NCBI GenBank assembly: GCA_934757845.1
Contig: CAKVLQ010000001.1
Location: forward strand, 72,398 to 136,397
Length of the DNA: 64,000 nucleotides
From: an uncultured Clostridia bacterium
Lineage (GTDB): Bacteria > Bacillota > Clostridia > Christensenellales > UBA1242
Direction of reading: 5' to 3'
The notes under the pieces were generated by a model. The model was not told where the DNA came from. It worked only from the letters and a program-made list of their open reading frames with translations, and did not search any database. The first letter of the stretch is position 1, and each line of letters opens with the position of its first letter. Shown here piece by piece: positions 26,754-36,881 of the stretch. A program made the translations under genes and the position numbers.

Positions 26754-27677
26754 GTGATTAAACTTGAAAACGATTTAATTTTAGCCCCGATGGCAGGGTA
26801 TAGCGACCTTGCTTTTAGGTGTTTGTGTGAAAAATATGGCGTGGGGCTTACAGTTAGCGAAATGATAAGTGCGAAGGCTCTTTTTTATGGAAGCGAAAAA
26901 ACTGAAAATATGCTAAAAACAAATGGGCTTAATAAACAAAAATCAGTTCAACTTTTTGGAAATGAACCAAAAATTTTTGAAAGCGTTATTAAAAGTGGCA
27001 AACTTGATGATTTTGATATAATTGATATTAACATGGGTTGCCCAGCACCCAAAATTATAAAAAACAAAGAAGGCTCATATCTTTTGAAAGATATAGTTTT
27101 GGCAAGCAAAATTGTATCCTCTTGTGTAAAAAGCACAAATAAGCCAGTTTCAGTAAAATTTAGGGCGGGTTTTGATAGTGAACATATTTGTGCAAAAGAA
27201 TTTGCAAAAATGTGTGAAGATAATGGGGCAAGTTTTGTTACAATCCACGCCCGAACAACCCAGCAAAAATATTCTGGCAAAGCAAATCTCGATATAATTA
27301 ACCAAGTGAAAAACAGCGTTAAAATTCCTGTTTGTGGAAATGGTGATGTTTGCGACAAACAAAGTTATGATGTTATGAAACAAACAGGTGTTGACTTTGT
27401 TATGATTGGAAGGGGAGCGATTGGAAATCCTTATGTTTTTGCGGACATTTTGGGAAAAGATTATCAAAAAAATTTGTTTGAAGACATAAAATTCCACTAT
27501 CAAAAAATGCGAGAAATTTATTCTGAACACATTGTTGTTAACAACATGAAAAAACATTTGGCATTTTATTTGAAGGGAATAAGTGGCTATAAAGAGTTTT
27601 TTAAAGAAATTTGTGCTGTTACCACAATAAATAAGGCTTTAAAACTGCTTGATGAATTTTTGAAAATAAAAAGTTAA
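26754..27677 (+). CDS. dusB: tRNA-dihydrouridine synthase
   Basis: LAPMAGYSDLAFRCLC, INMGCPAPKI, VSVKFR, HARTTQQKYSG. Confidence 0.85.
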   Translation: MIKLENDLILAPMAGYSDLAFRCLCEKYGVGLTVSEMISAKALFYGSEKTENMLKTNGLNKQKSVQLFGNEPKIFESVIKSGKLDDFDIIDINMGCPAPKIIKNKEGSYLLKDIVLASKIVSSCVKSTNKPVSVKFRAGFDSEHICAKEFAKMCEDNGASFVTIHARTTQQKYSGKANLDIINQVKNSVKIPVCGNGDVCDKQSYDVMKQTGVDFVMIGRGAIGNPYVFADILGKDYQKNLFEDIKFHYQKMREIYSEHIVVNNMKKHLAFYLKGISGYKEFFKEICAVTTINKALKLLDEFLKIKS

Positions 27678-27829
27678 TAAAAAATTAATAATCAACAAAA
27701 AAATTAATATTTTTTATGGTAAAACCTTTAAAATGTTTTTAAATTGAAATATTTTATATTATAATTGTTATATAAAAATAAGTATATAACAATTTTTTTG
27801 CAAAATTTTTGTTTGCAAAGGGAGATTTT

Positions 27830-29014
27830 ATGAAGAAAAATATCAACGATTTTAATTTTTTTGACAAAAAGGTTCTTTTAAGGCTTGACCTTAATGTTCC
27901 GCTATCAGATAATGGAGAAATTGAAAGCACCAAACGAATTGATGAAGCAATTCCAACAATAAAAGCACTAATTGACAAAAACGCACGAATAGTTATTGTT
28001 TCTCATCTTGGAAAACCAGACGGAAAGTTTGACGAAAAATTGAGTTTGAAACCTGTTTATGAATATCTTAAACAAAAACTTCCAACAAAAGTTTATTTTT
28101 CAACCAATGTTGCAAATCAAAAAATGAACAAAGAAATTAATGCTTTAAAAAATAGTGAAGTTTTGTTGCTTGAAAACATAAGATTTTTTAAGGAAGAAGA
28201 AGCGTGCGATGATGATTTTTCAAAAAGGCTTGCATCTCCTTTTGATATTTTTATTTTAGATGCCTTTGGCACAAGCCATCGAAAACACGCCTCAACTTTT
28301 GGCGTTGCAAAATATTTGGATAGCGGAATTGGAATGCTTATAGAAAAAGAACTTGCGTTTTTAGAAAATATTTTTGATAACGGCAAGCATCCAATAGTTG
28401 CAATTTTGGGCGGGGCTAAAATTAAAGATAAACTTAAAGTTATTGACAATCTTCTTGAAAAAGTTGATGTTATGCTTATTGGTGGCGGAATGAGTTATAC
28501 ATTTTTGAAAGCTTTAAACGCCGAAGTTGGAAAATCTATTGTTGATGACGAGCAAATTGAATATTGCTATAAGATGATAAAAAAAGCCGTTGATAAAAAA
28601 GTTAAACTATTGCTTCCAACCGATAATGTTTGTGCAAAGAGTTTGAATGATAACAACATAAAAAATTTTGTTATAACAAAAATGGATAAAGATTATGGTG
28701 CGTTTGATATTGGACCAAAAACTATAAAACAATATAAAAAGCAAATTAAAAGAGCAAAAACAATTATAATAAACGGACCAATGGGCGTGTTTGAAAACTC
28801 TAACTTTGAAAATGGAACAAAAGAAATTTTAAAGGCTATTGCAAAAAACAAAAAAGCAACAAAAGTTGCTGGCGGTGGAGATACAATTTTTGCTATTGAA
28901 AAATTTGGGCTTGAAAGCGGATTTTCACATCTGTCAACAGGTGGCGGAGCAAGTTTGAAACTTTTGGAAGGAAATGGACTTGTTGCAATTAACAACATTA
29001 AAGATAAAGAATAA
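27830..29014 (+). CDS. pgk: Phosphoglycerate kinase
   Basis: KKVLLRLDLNVPL, SHLGKP, FGTSHRKHAS, GGGDT, STGGGASL. ATG 27830 follows a GGGAG RBS. Confidence 0.95.
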   Translation: MKKNINDFNFFDKKVLLRLDLNVPLSDNGEIESTKRIDEAIPTIKALIDKNARIVIVSHLGKPDGKFDEKLSLKPVYEYLKQKLPTKVYFSTNVANQKMNKEINALKNSEVLLLENIRFFKEEEACDDDFSKRLASPFDIFILDAFGTSHRKHASTFGVAKYLDSGIGMLIEKELAFLENIFDNGKHPIVAILGGAKIKDKLKVIDNLLEKVDVMLIGGGMSYTFLKALNAEVGKSIVDDEQIEYCYKMIKKAVDKKVKLLLPTDNVCAKSLNDNNIKNFVITKMDKDYGAFDIGPKTIKQYKKQIKRAKTIIINGPMGVFENSNFENGTKEILKAIAKNKKATKVAGGGDTIFAIEKFGLESGFSHLSTGGGASLKLLEGNGLVAINNIKDKE

Positions 29015-29100
29015 AAAATGTTTTAAAGATATTAAATTTTGTTATGCAAATGAATTTTAATTTGATATACTTATAAAAGTTAGAGAAACAGGAGAAAAAA

Positions 29101-29826
29101 ATGAAACTTATTGTTGCAAATTTTAAGATGAACAAAAACTCAATAGAAATGAGTGAATATTTAAAAAGGGTTACAAGCGAAGAATATTCAAACCAAATTG
29201 TTTTGCTTCCAAGCATACCAAATTTGTTTTTGGGAACAATTTATGAAAACAAAAACATAAGTTATGGCGTGCAAAATTTCTTTTTTAAAGAAGAAGGAAG
29301 TTATACTGGCGAATATAATCTTTCAATGCTTGACGGTATGAATGTTAAATATGCTTTGGTTGGGCACAGTGAAAGACGAAAACAATTTAAAGAAAGCAAT
29401 GCTCAAATAAACAAAAAAATTTTGTATGCATTAGAGCAAGGCGTAACACCAATATTGTGCATTGGTGAAAGTTTGGGTCAAACCAAAAACAATCTTTTTA
29501 AAGCACATTTAAAAAGACAATTAAGTTTGGCACTAAAAGGCGTTAAAATTGCTGACCTTGAAAAAGTTATAATTGCCTATGAACCTACTTTTGCAGTTGG
29601 GCAAGATAACCCTGCTGATTTGTTGTATGTTGAAAGCAATATTGCATTAATTAAACAAATAATCAATGCAAAAAGTGCAAAAACAGAAATTAATCCAACA
29701 GTTTTGTATGGCGGAAGCATTAATGTTAACAATTATCAACAATATCTTAACAGTGAATATATTGACGGTTTGTTAATTGGAAGAACAATTTTGGACGCCG
29801 AAAATTTAATAGAAATAGGAAAGTAA
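29101..29826 (+). CDS. tpiA: Triose-phosphate isomerase
   Basis: IVANFKMN, VGHSERR, IAYEPTFAVG, YGGS. Confidence 0.93.
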   Translation: MKLIVANFKMNKNSIEMSEYLKRVTSEEYSNQIVLLPSIPNLFLGTIYENKNISYGVQNFFFKEEGSYTGEYNLSMLDGMNVKYALVGHSERRKQFKESNAQINKKILYALEQGVTPILCIGESLGQTKNNLFKAHLKRQLSLALKGVKIADLEKVIIAYEPTFAVGQDNPADLLYVESNIALIKQIINAKSAKTEINPTVLYGGSINVNNYQQYLNSEYIDGLLIGRTILDAENLIEIGK

Positions 29827-29827
29827 A

Positions 29828-31333
29828 ATGGAAATAAAAACAGCATTAATTATTTTAGATGGTTTTGGAATTAGAAACAATAGTTATTTTAATGCCGTTA
29901 AAAATGCAAAAACACCATATTTTGATTATTTGTGGAAAAACTATTCTCACACCAAAATAAAAACCTGCGGGCAATATGTGGGGCTCAAAAAAGGGCAGTT
30001 TGGCAACTCGGAAGTTGGGCATTTGAATTTGGGAAGTGGAAGAATTGTTAAACAAAACAGCACTAAAATTTGGGATAGCATTTTGTGTGGGGAATTTTTT
30101 GAAAACAAAAAACTAATATCGCTTTTAAATAACCTTAAAAAAACAAATAATGCACTTCATTTGTTTGGGCTTTGCTCAAACGGCGGAGTGCACAGCGAAA
30201 TTGAACATTTGTTTAGTGTTTTAACACTTTGCAAAAATCAAAATTTTGATAATGTATTTATTCACTTTGTGTCGGACGGGCGAGATACTGATGTTCATAG
30301 TGGAATTAAATTTTTGCAAAAATTAAATAATTTTGTCAAAAAAGTTGGTGTTGGAAAAGTTGTTTCGGTTTGTGGAAGATATTATGCTATGGACCGAGAA
30401 AAAAATTATGACCGAACAAATGAGTTTTTAAAAGTTATTACAAATTATGAAAGCGATAATAAGTTTAATTCTATTAAAGAGGCATTTGAAAAAAGTTATG
30501 AAGCGGGCATAACTGACGAATTTATTAAACCAAGCATTTTAAATTCGGGCAAGTTTTGTGTGAATAAAAATGATGCAATTTTGTGTTTTAATTTTAGAAG
30601 TGATAGAGCAAGACAAATTTTTGAAAAATTAATTGAAAGTGGTTATAAAAATTTATATTCGTTTATTTGTTATGACGAAAAATTTGGTTCAAAAGTGAAC
30701 GTTATTTTTGAAGAAGATGAAGGAAAAAATTGTTTGAGCGAAGTTTTGTCAAAAAACAAAAAAACGCAATTAAGAATAAGCGAAACAACAAAATATGCTC
30801 ATGTAACTTATTTTTTTAATCTTTTAAACGAAATTCCTTTTGCGGGTGAAAACCGAATTATTATTGAAGGTGATAAAGTTGCAAATTTTGCACAAAAGCC
30901 TTTGATGAAAACAAAAGAAATCACGCAAACAGTAATTGGTGAAACAAACAAAACAAAATATGATTTTGTGCTTGTAAACTTTCCAAATGCTGATATGCTG
31001 GGTCATACTGGAAATTATGAACAAACAATAAAAAGTTTAGAGTTTTTGGACAAAAATCTTAAAATTTTGGTTGAAGATTTAAGACAAAAAGATTATATTG
31101 TTTTGATAACTGCTGATCATGGGAATGCTGATATAATGAAATATCCGTCAGGCGAAATTTGCACCACCCACACAACCAGTGATGCACCATTTATTATTGT
31201 TGATAGCAAAAAATATAAACTTTCCAAAAATGGAAAACTTGCAAATGTTAGCCCAACTATTCTTGATTTGATGAAAATAAAACCACCGAAAGAATTTTTG
31301 GAAAAAAGCCTGATTGAGCATAATGAATATTAA
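29828..31333 (+). CDS. gpmI: 2,3-bisphosphoglycerate-independent phosphoglycerate mutase
   Basis: LIILDGFG, GNSEVGHLNLGSGR, DGRDT, NADMLGHTG, TADHGNA. Confidence 0.93.
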   Translation: MEIKTALIILDGFGIRNNSYFNAVKNAKTPYFDYLWKNYSHTKIKTCGQYVGLKKGQFGNSEVGHLNLGSGRIVKQNSTKIWDSILCGEFFENKKLISLLNNLKKTNNALHLFGLCSNGGVHSEIEHLFSVLTLCKNQNFDNVFIHFVSDGRDTDVHSGIKFLQKLNNFVKKVGVGKVVSVCGRYYAMDREKNYDRTNEFLKVITNYESDNKFNSIKEAFEKSYEAGITDEFIKPSILNSGKFCVNKNDAILCFNFRSDRARQIFEKLIESGYKNLYSFICYDEKFGSKVNVIFEEDEGKNCLSEVLSKNKKTQLRISETTKYAHVTYFFNLLNEIPFAGENRIIIEGDKVANFAQKPLMKTKEITQTVIGETNKTKYDFVLVNFPNADMLGHTGNYEQTIKSLEFLDKNLKILVEDLRQKDYIVLITADHGNADIMKYPSGEICTTHTTSDAPFIIVDSKKYKLSKNGKLANVSPTILDLMKIKPPKEFLEKSLIEHNEY

Positions 31334-31388
31334 AATATATTGACAAAAATTTAATTTTAGTTTAAAATATATTTTGTTAGGGGGCTGT

Positions 31389-31613
31389 ATGCTAATTTTA
31401 GGCACTTTTATAAACAATATTGTTAACAAACTGATAAGAAACCTTGACTATGGCGTTAGAATCACAATTTCGGTAATTTTTATTTGCATAACAATAGGTT
31501 CACTATATTTTGCAATCAAAAATCAACCAAAAGACAAACCTGGCTTTAAAGTTGGCTGGTTTATTTTAATGATTGTGTCAGCAATAATATCAGTTTTATA
31601 CTTAACACTATAA
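31389..31613 (+). CDS. Small two-TM membrane protein
   Basis: ATG 31389 follows GGGGG. Promoter TTGACA-17-TAAAAT at about 31341-31369. Function unknown. Confidence 0.4.
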   Translation: MLILGTFINNIVNKLIRNLDYGVRITISVIFICITIGSLYFAIKNQPKDKPGFKVGWFILMIVSAIISVLYLTL

Positions 31614-31662
31614 AGAAATAAGACCAAACAAAAGTTTGGTGAAAAATTTAAGGAGAAAAATT

Positions 31663-31977
31663 ATGTTAAAATTATTATTAGACGGCGAAACAATAGCACC
31701 TTGGATAACAACCACAATGCCAATTTTAAGAAGCATTTTTGTTATTTTAATGCTTGTGTGTGCAATAACAGTTATTATTATTTGCATGGCAACTGAAAGC
31801 AACCCAGAAGGAGGCTCAAATGTTATTACAGGAAATTCTTATGAAAGTTTTTATTCACAAAACAAAGGTTCAACTCGTGAAGGCAGATTAAAACGACTTT
31901 TGATAATTTCTTCAATTATAACTGGTGTTTGTGCTGTTTTATATTTTGTTACAATTTTGCTATATTCAGGCAATTAG
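31663..31977 (+). CDS. secG: Preprotein translocase subunit SecG-like protein
   Basis: Two TM segments separated by a G/S/N-rich loop (ESNPEGGSNVITGNS...FYSQNKG), and it sits immediately upstream of rnr-smpB as in B. subtilis secG-(est)-rnr-smpB. AAGGAG RBS. Confidence 0.6.
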   Translation: MLKLLLDGETIAPWITTTMPILRSIFVILMLVCAITVIIICMATESNPEGGSNVITGNSYESFYSQNKGSTREGRLKRLLIISSIITGVCAVLYFVTILLYSGN

Positions 31978-31992
31978 TATTTTGGAGAAAAA

Positions 31993-34131
31993 ATGGATTT
32001 ATTAAATCAAATTGACAAAAATAACTTTAATTTTTTAAGTTACAATCAAGTTATAAAAGCATTGAGTGAACTTAACGGAGAAAGCGTTAATAAAATTAAA
32101 AACGAAATTGATAATCTTCTTGCAAGTGGAAAGTTAGTTAACACAAGCAAAAAGAAGATTGCAACCAGCAAAAAAGTTGGAATTTTAGAAGGAAAAATCA
32201 CCATAACCAAAGCAGGTTATGGCTTTTTCATTCCTAACGATAGTGATGAAAAAGATATTTTTATACCCGTTTCGCATTTGAATGGTGCAATGCAAAACGA
32301 CAAAGTTTGGGTTCAAAAAAATTTTAATTCTTCACCTGAAAAACCAGATGGAAAAGTTGTTAAGATTTTAGAGCGAGGACTAAATGTTGTTGTTGGAAAA
32401 GTTACAAGTTTAACCAAAAATTTTGCAATGGTTAGCCCAGACAGCAAAAGAACAAATAATATAACTATAAAGCGAACAACTGAAAATAGTTTGCTTGGTG
32501 CAAAAAAAGGCGACAAAGTTGTTGTTAAACTTACAAAACATGATAACAAACGCCCAGAAGGAAAAATTATTGAAGTTTTGCTTTCTGACAACCCTGTGAA
32601 TATTGATGTTTTGTCTATTGTTCGAGATTTTGAACTTTATGAAGAATTCCCAAAAGAAGTTTTAATTTCTGCTGATAAAGTTAAAGATAAAATTGATGAA
32701 GAAGATTTGAAAAACCGAACCGATTTAAGACACTTAAACACTTTCACAATAGACGGTGAAGATGCTCGTGATTTTGATGATGCAATTTCTATTGAGACGC
32801 TCGGCGGTGGCGAAGTTTTGCTTGGTGTGCATATTGCCGATGTTGGTCAATATGTCCCTTACGGAAGCGTTCTTGATGCCGAGGCATATAAGCGTGGAAC
32901 TAGCACTTATTTCCCAAATGCTGTTTTCCCAATGCTTCCAAAACAACTTTCAAACGAAATTTGTTCGCTAAAAGAAGGTGTAGACCGTTTAACACTATCT
33001 TGTTTAATGAAAATTAACAAAGACGGAATTGTTGTTTCACACAAGATTTGTGAAAGCGTTATAAAAAGCAAAGCAAGAATGACCTATAAAAAAGTTGCAA
33101 AAATGCTTGATGGCGACAAAGAACTTTGCAAGCAATATAACTTTTTGGTTGATGACCTTTTAAAAATGAAAGATTTGGCACTTAAACTTGAAAAAGTTCG
33201 TGAAAAACGGGGAAGTCTTAATTTTGAAATTCCTGAACCAAAAATTATTTTGAACGACAAACTTGAAATTGAAAGATTTGAAAAACGACCAAACACTATG
33301 GCAGACAGAATTATAGAGAGTTTTATGCTTATTGCCAATGAAACTGTTGCAAAAGAATTTGAAACAAAACATCTTCCATTTGTTTATCGTGTGCATGAAA
33401 AACCTGATGTTGAAAAACTTGAAGGTTTCAAAGAATTTGCACAAAGTTTGGGATTTAATTTGAGTGGAGATTTGGAAAACTTATCTCCAAAAAAACTTCA
33501 ACAATTTATCGAGTCAGTTCCTGAAGACAAACGGCTTGCAATAAACAAAGTTTTGCTTCGTTCAATGCAAAAAGCAAAATACAGTTCAGTTTGTATGGGG
33601 CATTATGGATTGGGTGCACAATATTATTGTCATTTCACTTCGCCAATTCGAAGATATCCTGACCTTACAATTCATCGAATAATAAAAGAGAGTTTGCACA
33701 AAAACTTAACACCTGAAAAACTTAAAGAACTTAAAGTTTTTGTTAACAAAAGTGCACAACAATCAAGTGAACGAGAAACTATAAGCGACAAAGCCGAAAT
33801 TCAAGTTGACGAATATTTTAAGGCACGATTTATGAAACAGCATGAAGGTGAAATTTTTGACGGAGTGGTATCGGGTGTTACTGAACGGGGAATTTATGTT
33901 GAACTTGACAACACTTGCGAAGGATTTATTTTTGCCGAAAATCTTCCAGACAAATTTTATAACTTTATTGACAAAAAATTGTGTTTGGTTGGTTCTTCAA
34001 CCAAGTTTACGATTGGCGATAGCATAAAAATTAAGGTTGCAAGCGTTGATGTGGAAGACCGAAAAGTTAACTTTAATTTTGTTAGTTGCAAAAATTGTAA
34101 AAATACATTATCAAAGGAAGAAACTTTGTAA
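31993..34131 (+). CDS. rnr: Ribonuclease R
   Basis: RNB catalytic motifs TIDGEDARDFDDAIS, HYGLGAQYYCHFTSPIRRYPDL, and a C-terminal S1 domain. Confidence 0.93.
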   Translation: MDLLNQIDKNNFNFLSYNQVIKALSELNGESVNKIKNEIDNLLASGKLVNTSKKKIATSKKVGILEGKITITKAGYGFFIPNDSDEKDIFIPVSHLNGAMQNDKVWVQKNFNSSPEKPDGKVVKILERGLNVVVGKVTSLTKNFAMVSPDSKRTNNITIKRTTENSLLGAKKGDKVVVKLTKHDNKRPEGKIIEVLLSDNPVNIDVLSIVRDFELYEEFPKEVLISADKVKDKIDEEDLKNRTDLRHLNTFTIDGEDARDFDDAISIETLGGGEVLLGVHIADVGQYVPYGSVLDAEAYKRGTSTYFPNAVFPMLPKQLSNEICSLKEGVDRLTLSCLMKINKDGIVVSHKICESVIKSKARMTYKKVAKMLDGDKELCKQYNFLVDDLLKMKDLALKLEKVREKRGSLNFEIPEPKIILNDKLEIERFEKRPNTMADRIIESFMLIANETVAKEFETKHLPFVYRVHEKPDVEKLEGFKEFAQSLGFNLSGDLENLSPKKLQQFIESVPEDKRLAINKVLLRSMQKAKYSSVCMGHYGLGAQYYCHFTSPIRRYPDLTIHRIIKESLHKNLTPEKLKELKVFVNKSAQQSSERETISDKAEIQVDEYFKARFMKQHEGEIFDGVVSGVTERGIYVELDNTCEGFIFAENLPDKFYNFIDKKLCLVGSSTKFTIGDSIKIKVASVDVEDRKVNFNFVSCKNCKNTLSKEETL

Positions 34132-34568
34132 TGGAACTAATTGTGGCAAACAAAAAAGCAAGATTTGAATATTTTGTTGAAGACACTTTTGAAGCGGGAA
34201 TTGTTTTGCAAGGCTGTGAAGCAAAATCGGCAAAAAGCGGACACATAAGCATAGCAGAGAGTTTTGTTTCGCTTAAAAACAACGAATTATTTTTGAAAAA
34301 TTGCTATATAAAAAGTTATGAAAAGGCAAGTTCGGCATTAAGCCCAGATGAACGGCGAACTCGAAAACTTTTATTGAACAAAACCGAAATTGAAAAAATC
34401 CGAAAAAAAACTGAAGTAAAAGGCTACACAATTATTCCATTGAAAGTTTATGAAAAAAATAATCTTATAAAACTTGAAATTGGCATTTGTAAAGGCAAAA
34501 AACTTTATGACAAACGAGAAACAATAAAAAATCGGGAAATTTCACGCAAAATAAAAGAAGATTATTAA
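34131..34568 (+). CDS. smpB: SsrA-binding protein SmpB
   Basis: IVANKKARFEYFVEDTFEAGIVLQG.EAKS, RTRKLLL, and size typical of SmpB. Confidence 0.95.
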   Translation: MELIVANKKARFEYFVEDTFEAGIVLQGCEAKSAKSGHISIAESFVSLKNNELFLKNCYIKSYEKASSALSPDERRTRKLLLNKTEIEKIRKKTEVKGYTIIPLKVYEKNNLIKLEIGICKGKKLYDKRETIKNREISRKIKEDY

Positions 34569-34742
34569 TAAAATTTATTATTTTTTAACAAACAATAAAA
34601 AATTAAAAAAAACACTTGCAAAAGGTGTTTTTTTTGTGTATAATATATTCGTTTAAAATAAAAGTCATAATCTAGGAACCAAAAGATTTATTTTAAACTT
34701 ATCATCAAACTTTTAGTGGCGAATAATCGCCCAAAAATATTT

Positions 34743-34830
34743 GCGGAGTTGGCTGAGTGGTCGAAAGCGGCGGTCTTGAAAACCGTTATAGTGAGAGCTA
34801 TCTGGGGTTCGAATCCCTAACTCCGCGCCA
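34743..34830 (+). tRNA. tRNA-Ser (anticodon UGA), long variable arm
   Basis: Acceptor GCGGAGT/ACTCCGC, anticodon loop CUUGAAA, T-loop GGTTCGAATCC, encoded CCA. Confidence 0.93.
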
Positions 34831-35070
34831 CAAGAGAACTGTACGCACCCTCGTGAAAATGAGAAAGGCGTGCAGTTTTTTATTTTACATGACTGTTTTG
34901 GAATAGTTATCCCTTTTGAAGTTCCTAAGATAGATAATCCATCACATCTAAACTGGTTAAAGCAAAAAAGGGATGAGTTTGGAAACTTTTGTAAATAGCA
35001 AAAATTATTAAAGTGGAGATTTCCACTTTTTTTATTTTAATAATTTCATAGTTACTCCTTATCTATTTGA

Positions 35071-35916
35071 TTATGTTTTATCAGACATATCTTCAAGTTT
35101 TTTTGCCAGTTCATAAGCCTTTGCATAAAATTCATCTATTGTCATATTTAAATATGGCTTATCATAATGCAACTCAAGAGTTACTGGACCTTGATAGTTG
35201 CAATTTTTCAAATTTTTTAATATATTATTCCAATCTACATTTCCATCAAACGGAAACAAATGTTCATCTCTATCTTCGCCATTTGGACCATTTTCAAATT
35301 TGCCATGATTATCATGTAAATGTACCGCAAGGATTTTGTCTTTAAACAATGAAAAATTCATTTTTGTGCCATAAGGATTACAATTGGCATGGCCAGAGTC
35401 ATAACAAATTCCAAAGTTTTTGCATGTCAAATTAGTTATTGCACTTTCTAAATATCCACCAGGTAATGAGTTAGCGTTTTCCATTGCAATGGTAATGCCT
35501 TTATTGTTCGCATAATATATCATATCTTGTAATCTATTTAATCCCACATCGGTAATATGTGATTCTGTTTCCCAACCACCATTAATATGCATGACAGCAA
35601 GATGTATTCCACATCTTTGACAATCGTCTATATCCTTTTTGAAAACTTCAAATTTTTTATCAAATTCTAATGTTGTATTCTCATCCCATACTTCAAACAT
35701 TCTGGGACAAAGTAAATGTACAAAAATTACATTTAGCCCCTTGTTTTTTGCATACATAAATTGTTCTTCACCAGTTATTATAGTTCCGTCTTTTCCAACA
35801 TAATTTTTCCAGTTAATAAAAATATTGGTAAATCCAGCTTTTTTTATAGAGTTTATTGTATCAAATGGTGAAGTATTGTAATTGTTTATGTTCACATTTA
35901 TTGCAACATTTTTCAT
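35071..35916 (-). CDS. Sugar phosphate isomerase/epimerase (xylose isomerase-like TIM barrel) family protein
   Basis: The pattern of conserved H/D/E residues (VHLL, HLAVMHINGG, AMEN, DSGHAN, HLHDN) is typical of AP-endonuclease-2/xylose-isomerase-like TIM barrels. Confidence 0.7.
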   Translation of the reverse strand: MKNVAINVNINNYNTSPFDTINSIKKAGFTNIFINWKNYVGKDGTIITGEEQFMYAKNKGLNVIFVHLLCPRMFEVWDENTTLEFDKKFEVFKKDIDDCQRCGIHLAVMHINGGWETESHITDVGLNRLQDMIYYANNKGITIAMENANSLPGGYLESAITNLTCKNFGICYDSGHANCNPYGTKMNFSLFKDKILAVHLHDNHGKFENGPNGEDRDEHLFPFDGNVDWNNILKNLKNCNYQGPVTLELHYDKPYLNMTIDEFYAKAYELAKKLEDMSDKT

Positions 35917-36476
35917 AATTAAATCGCCCTCCTCAATTAAACAAATATTTTTTTATTGTCTATATCGTATCACAATTAAATATGTTTCGTCAACACAAAA
36001 CAAAATATTGCTGTTTGATGGGAGTAAAAGAAAGAACATAAAAATTTTTTAAAAACTTTTCTAAAACTTATAATAAAAATCCACCAGTGTACCTGGTGGT
36101 TTTCTTATACAACTAAAAATCATCTAAGGAATTATAATCTTTAGATGATTTTTTTATAAAATTGTTTTAGTTAATTCATTATTATATATCCCTATTCTTC
36201 ATATACTCCTTATCTATCCTTATCTATTTGCTTTTGTTGTGTTATTCTATCACAGTTTTCGTAGGAGTAAACGGAAGAAAATATCGCTTATACAATTAAA
36301 TATAAATATTTTTATTTTACAAGACTGGGTTTAGATTCCCGGTCTTTTTTTGTAGTCTAAAACCACCAGATAGTCTGGTGGTTCGGTTTAGGTTTACCGA
36401 TGAGCAGAAAAAATCCCCCTTTGTGATATAATTGTTTTTGTAGTCTAACAAAGTATATCAAAGGGGGATTTTTGTC

Positions 36477-36584
36477 ATGAAAAACGACATAAGTAGTTTA
36501 GCACATACTTCGTGGAATTGCAAGTATCATATAGTTTTTGCACCGAAGTACAGAAGAAAAATATTTTACGGAGAAAAGAGATTA
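36477..36584 (+). pseudogene. tnpA: N-terminal 36 codons of an IS200/IS605-family TnpA (Y1 transposase), truncated by the tRNA-Ser repeat
   Basis: MKNDISSLAHTSWNCKYHIVFAPKYRRKIFYGEKR is the canonical IS200 TnpA N-terminus. From codon 37 the ORF reads through the duplicated tRNA sequence. Two stem-loops lie upstream (36361-36383, 36411-36470); the second buries the RBS, as in IS200. Confidence 0.75.
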
Positions 36585-36604
36585 GAATCCCTAACTCCGC
36601 GCCA
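36585..36604 (+). repeat. 20-bp exact duplicate of the tRNA-Ser 3' end (att-like)
   Basis: Identical to 34811-34830. A terminator hairpin AAAACACCATGTTTGGTGTTTT follows. Confidence 0.9.
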
Positions 36605-36881
36605 AAAACACCATGTTTGGTGTTTTTTTTATTGCTCCGTTAGGTATTCTCACCCCTTGGGGTTTGGGTCTCGCTAGTTATAGAAATTAATCAAAAAGAG
36701 TTGGATAGTTTTTTATAAAAAAAGAACGATAATATTAAGACAAATTGTTAAAATAAAATTTTGTCGAATTTTTGAAAGATATGAAATTTGATAAAAAAGT
36801 TAGGACGAAAACATTTATATTTATTTGACTTGCTTCCTGCGTTGTGTATATAATATATTTTGAAAATTAAAAGGAGAAAAT

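Larger units (their letters stand above)
34831..36604. mobile_element. Degraded tRNA-Ser-associated islet bounded by a 20-bp direct repeat of the tRNA 3' end
   Basis: GAATCCCTAACTCCGCGCCA occurs at 34811-34830 (tRNA 3' end) and again at 36585-36604. The interior holds one intact gene, an IS200 fragment and many terminator-like hairpins. No integrase is present. Confidence 0.55.

Noticed and set aside
27809-27829. Upstream alternative starts for pgk (27809) and similar TTG/GTG extensions for spoVT (24480), secG (31636) and the first collagen-like gene (48249)
   Set aside because: In each case a canonical ATG with a well-spaced GGAG-type RBS lies a few codons downstream and coincides with the start of family homology.
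34569-34742. Expected ssrA immediately downstream of smpB
   Set aside because: No GGGG...tRNA-Ala-like 5' end or tag ORF is here. The region holds a terminator, a promoter-like TTGCAA-17-TATAAT and the tRNA-Ser leader. The real tmRNA is at 42003-42344 on the minus strand.
36477-36677. 66-aa ORF as a genuine small gene
   Set aside because: It is chimeric. The first 36 codons are an IS200 TnpA N-terminus. The remainder is read-through of the duplicated tRNA-Ser 3' end and its terminator.
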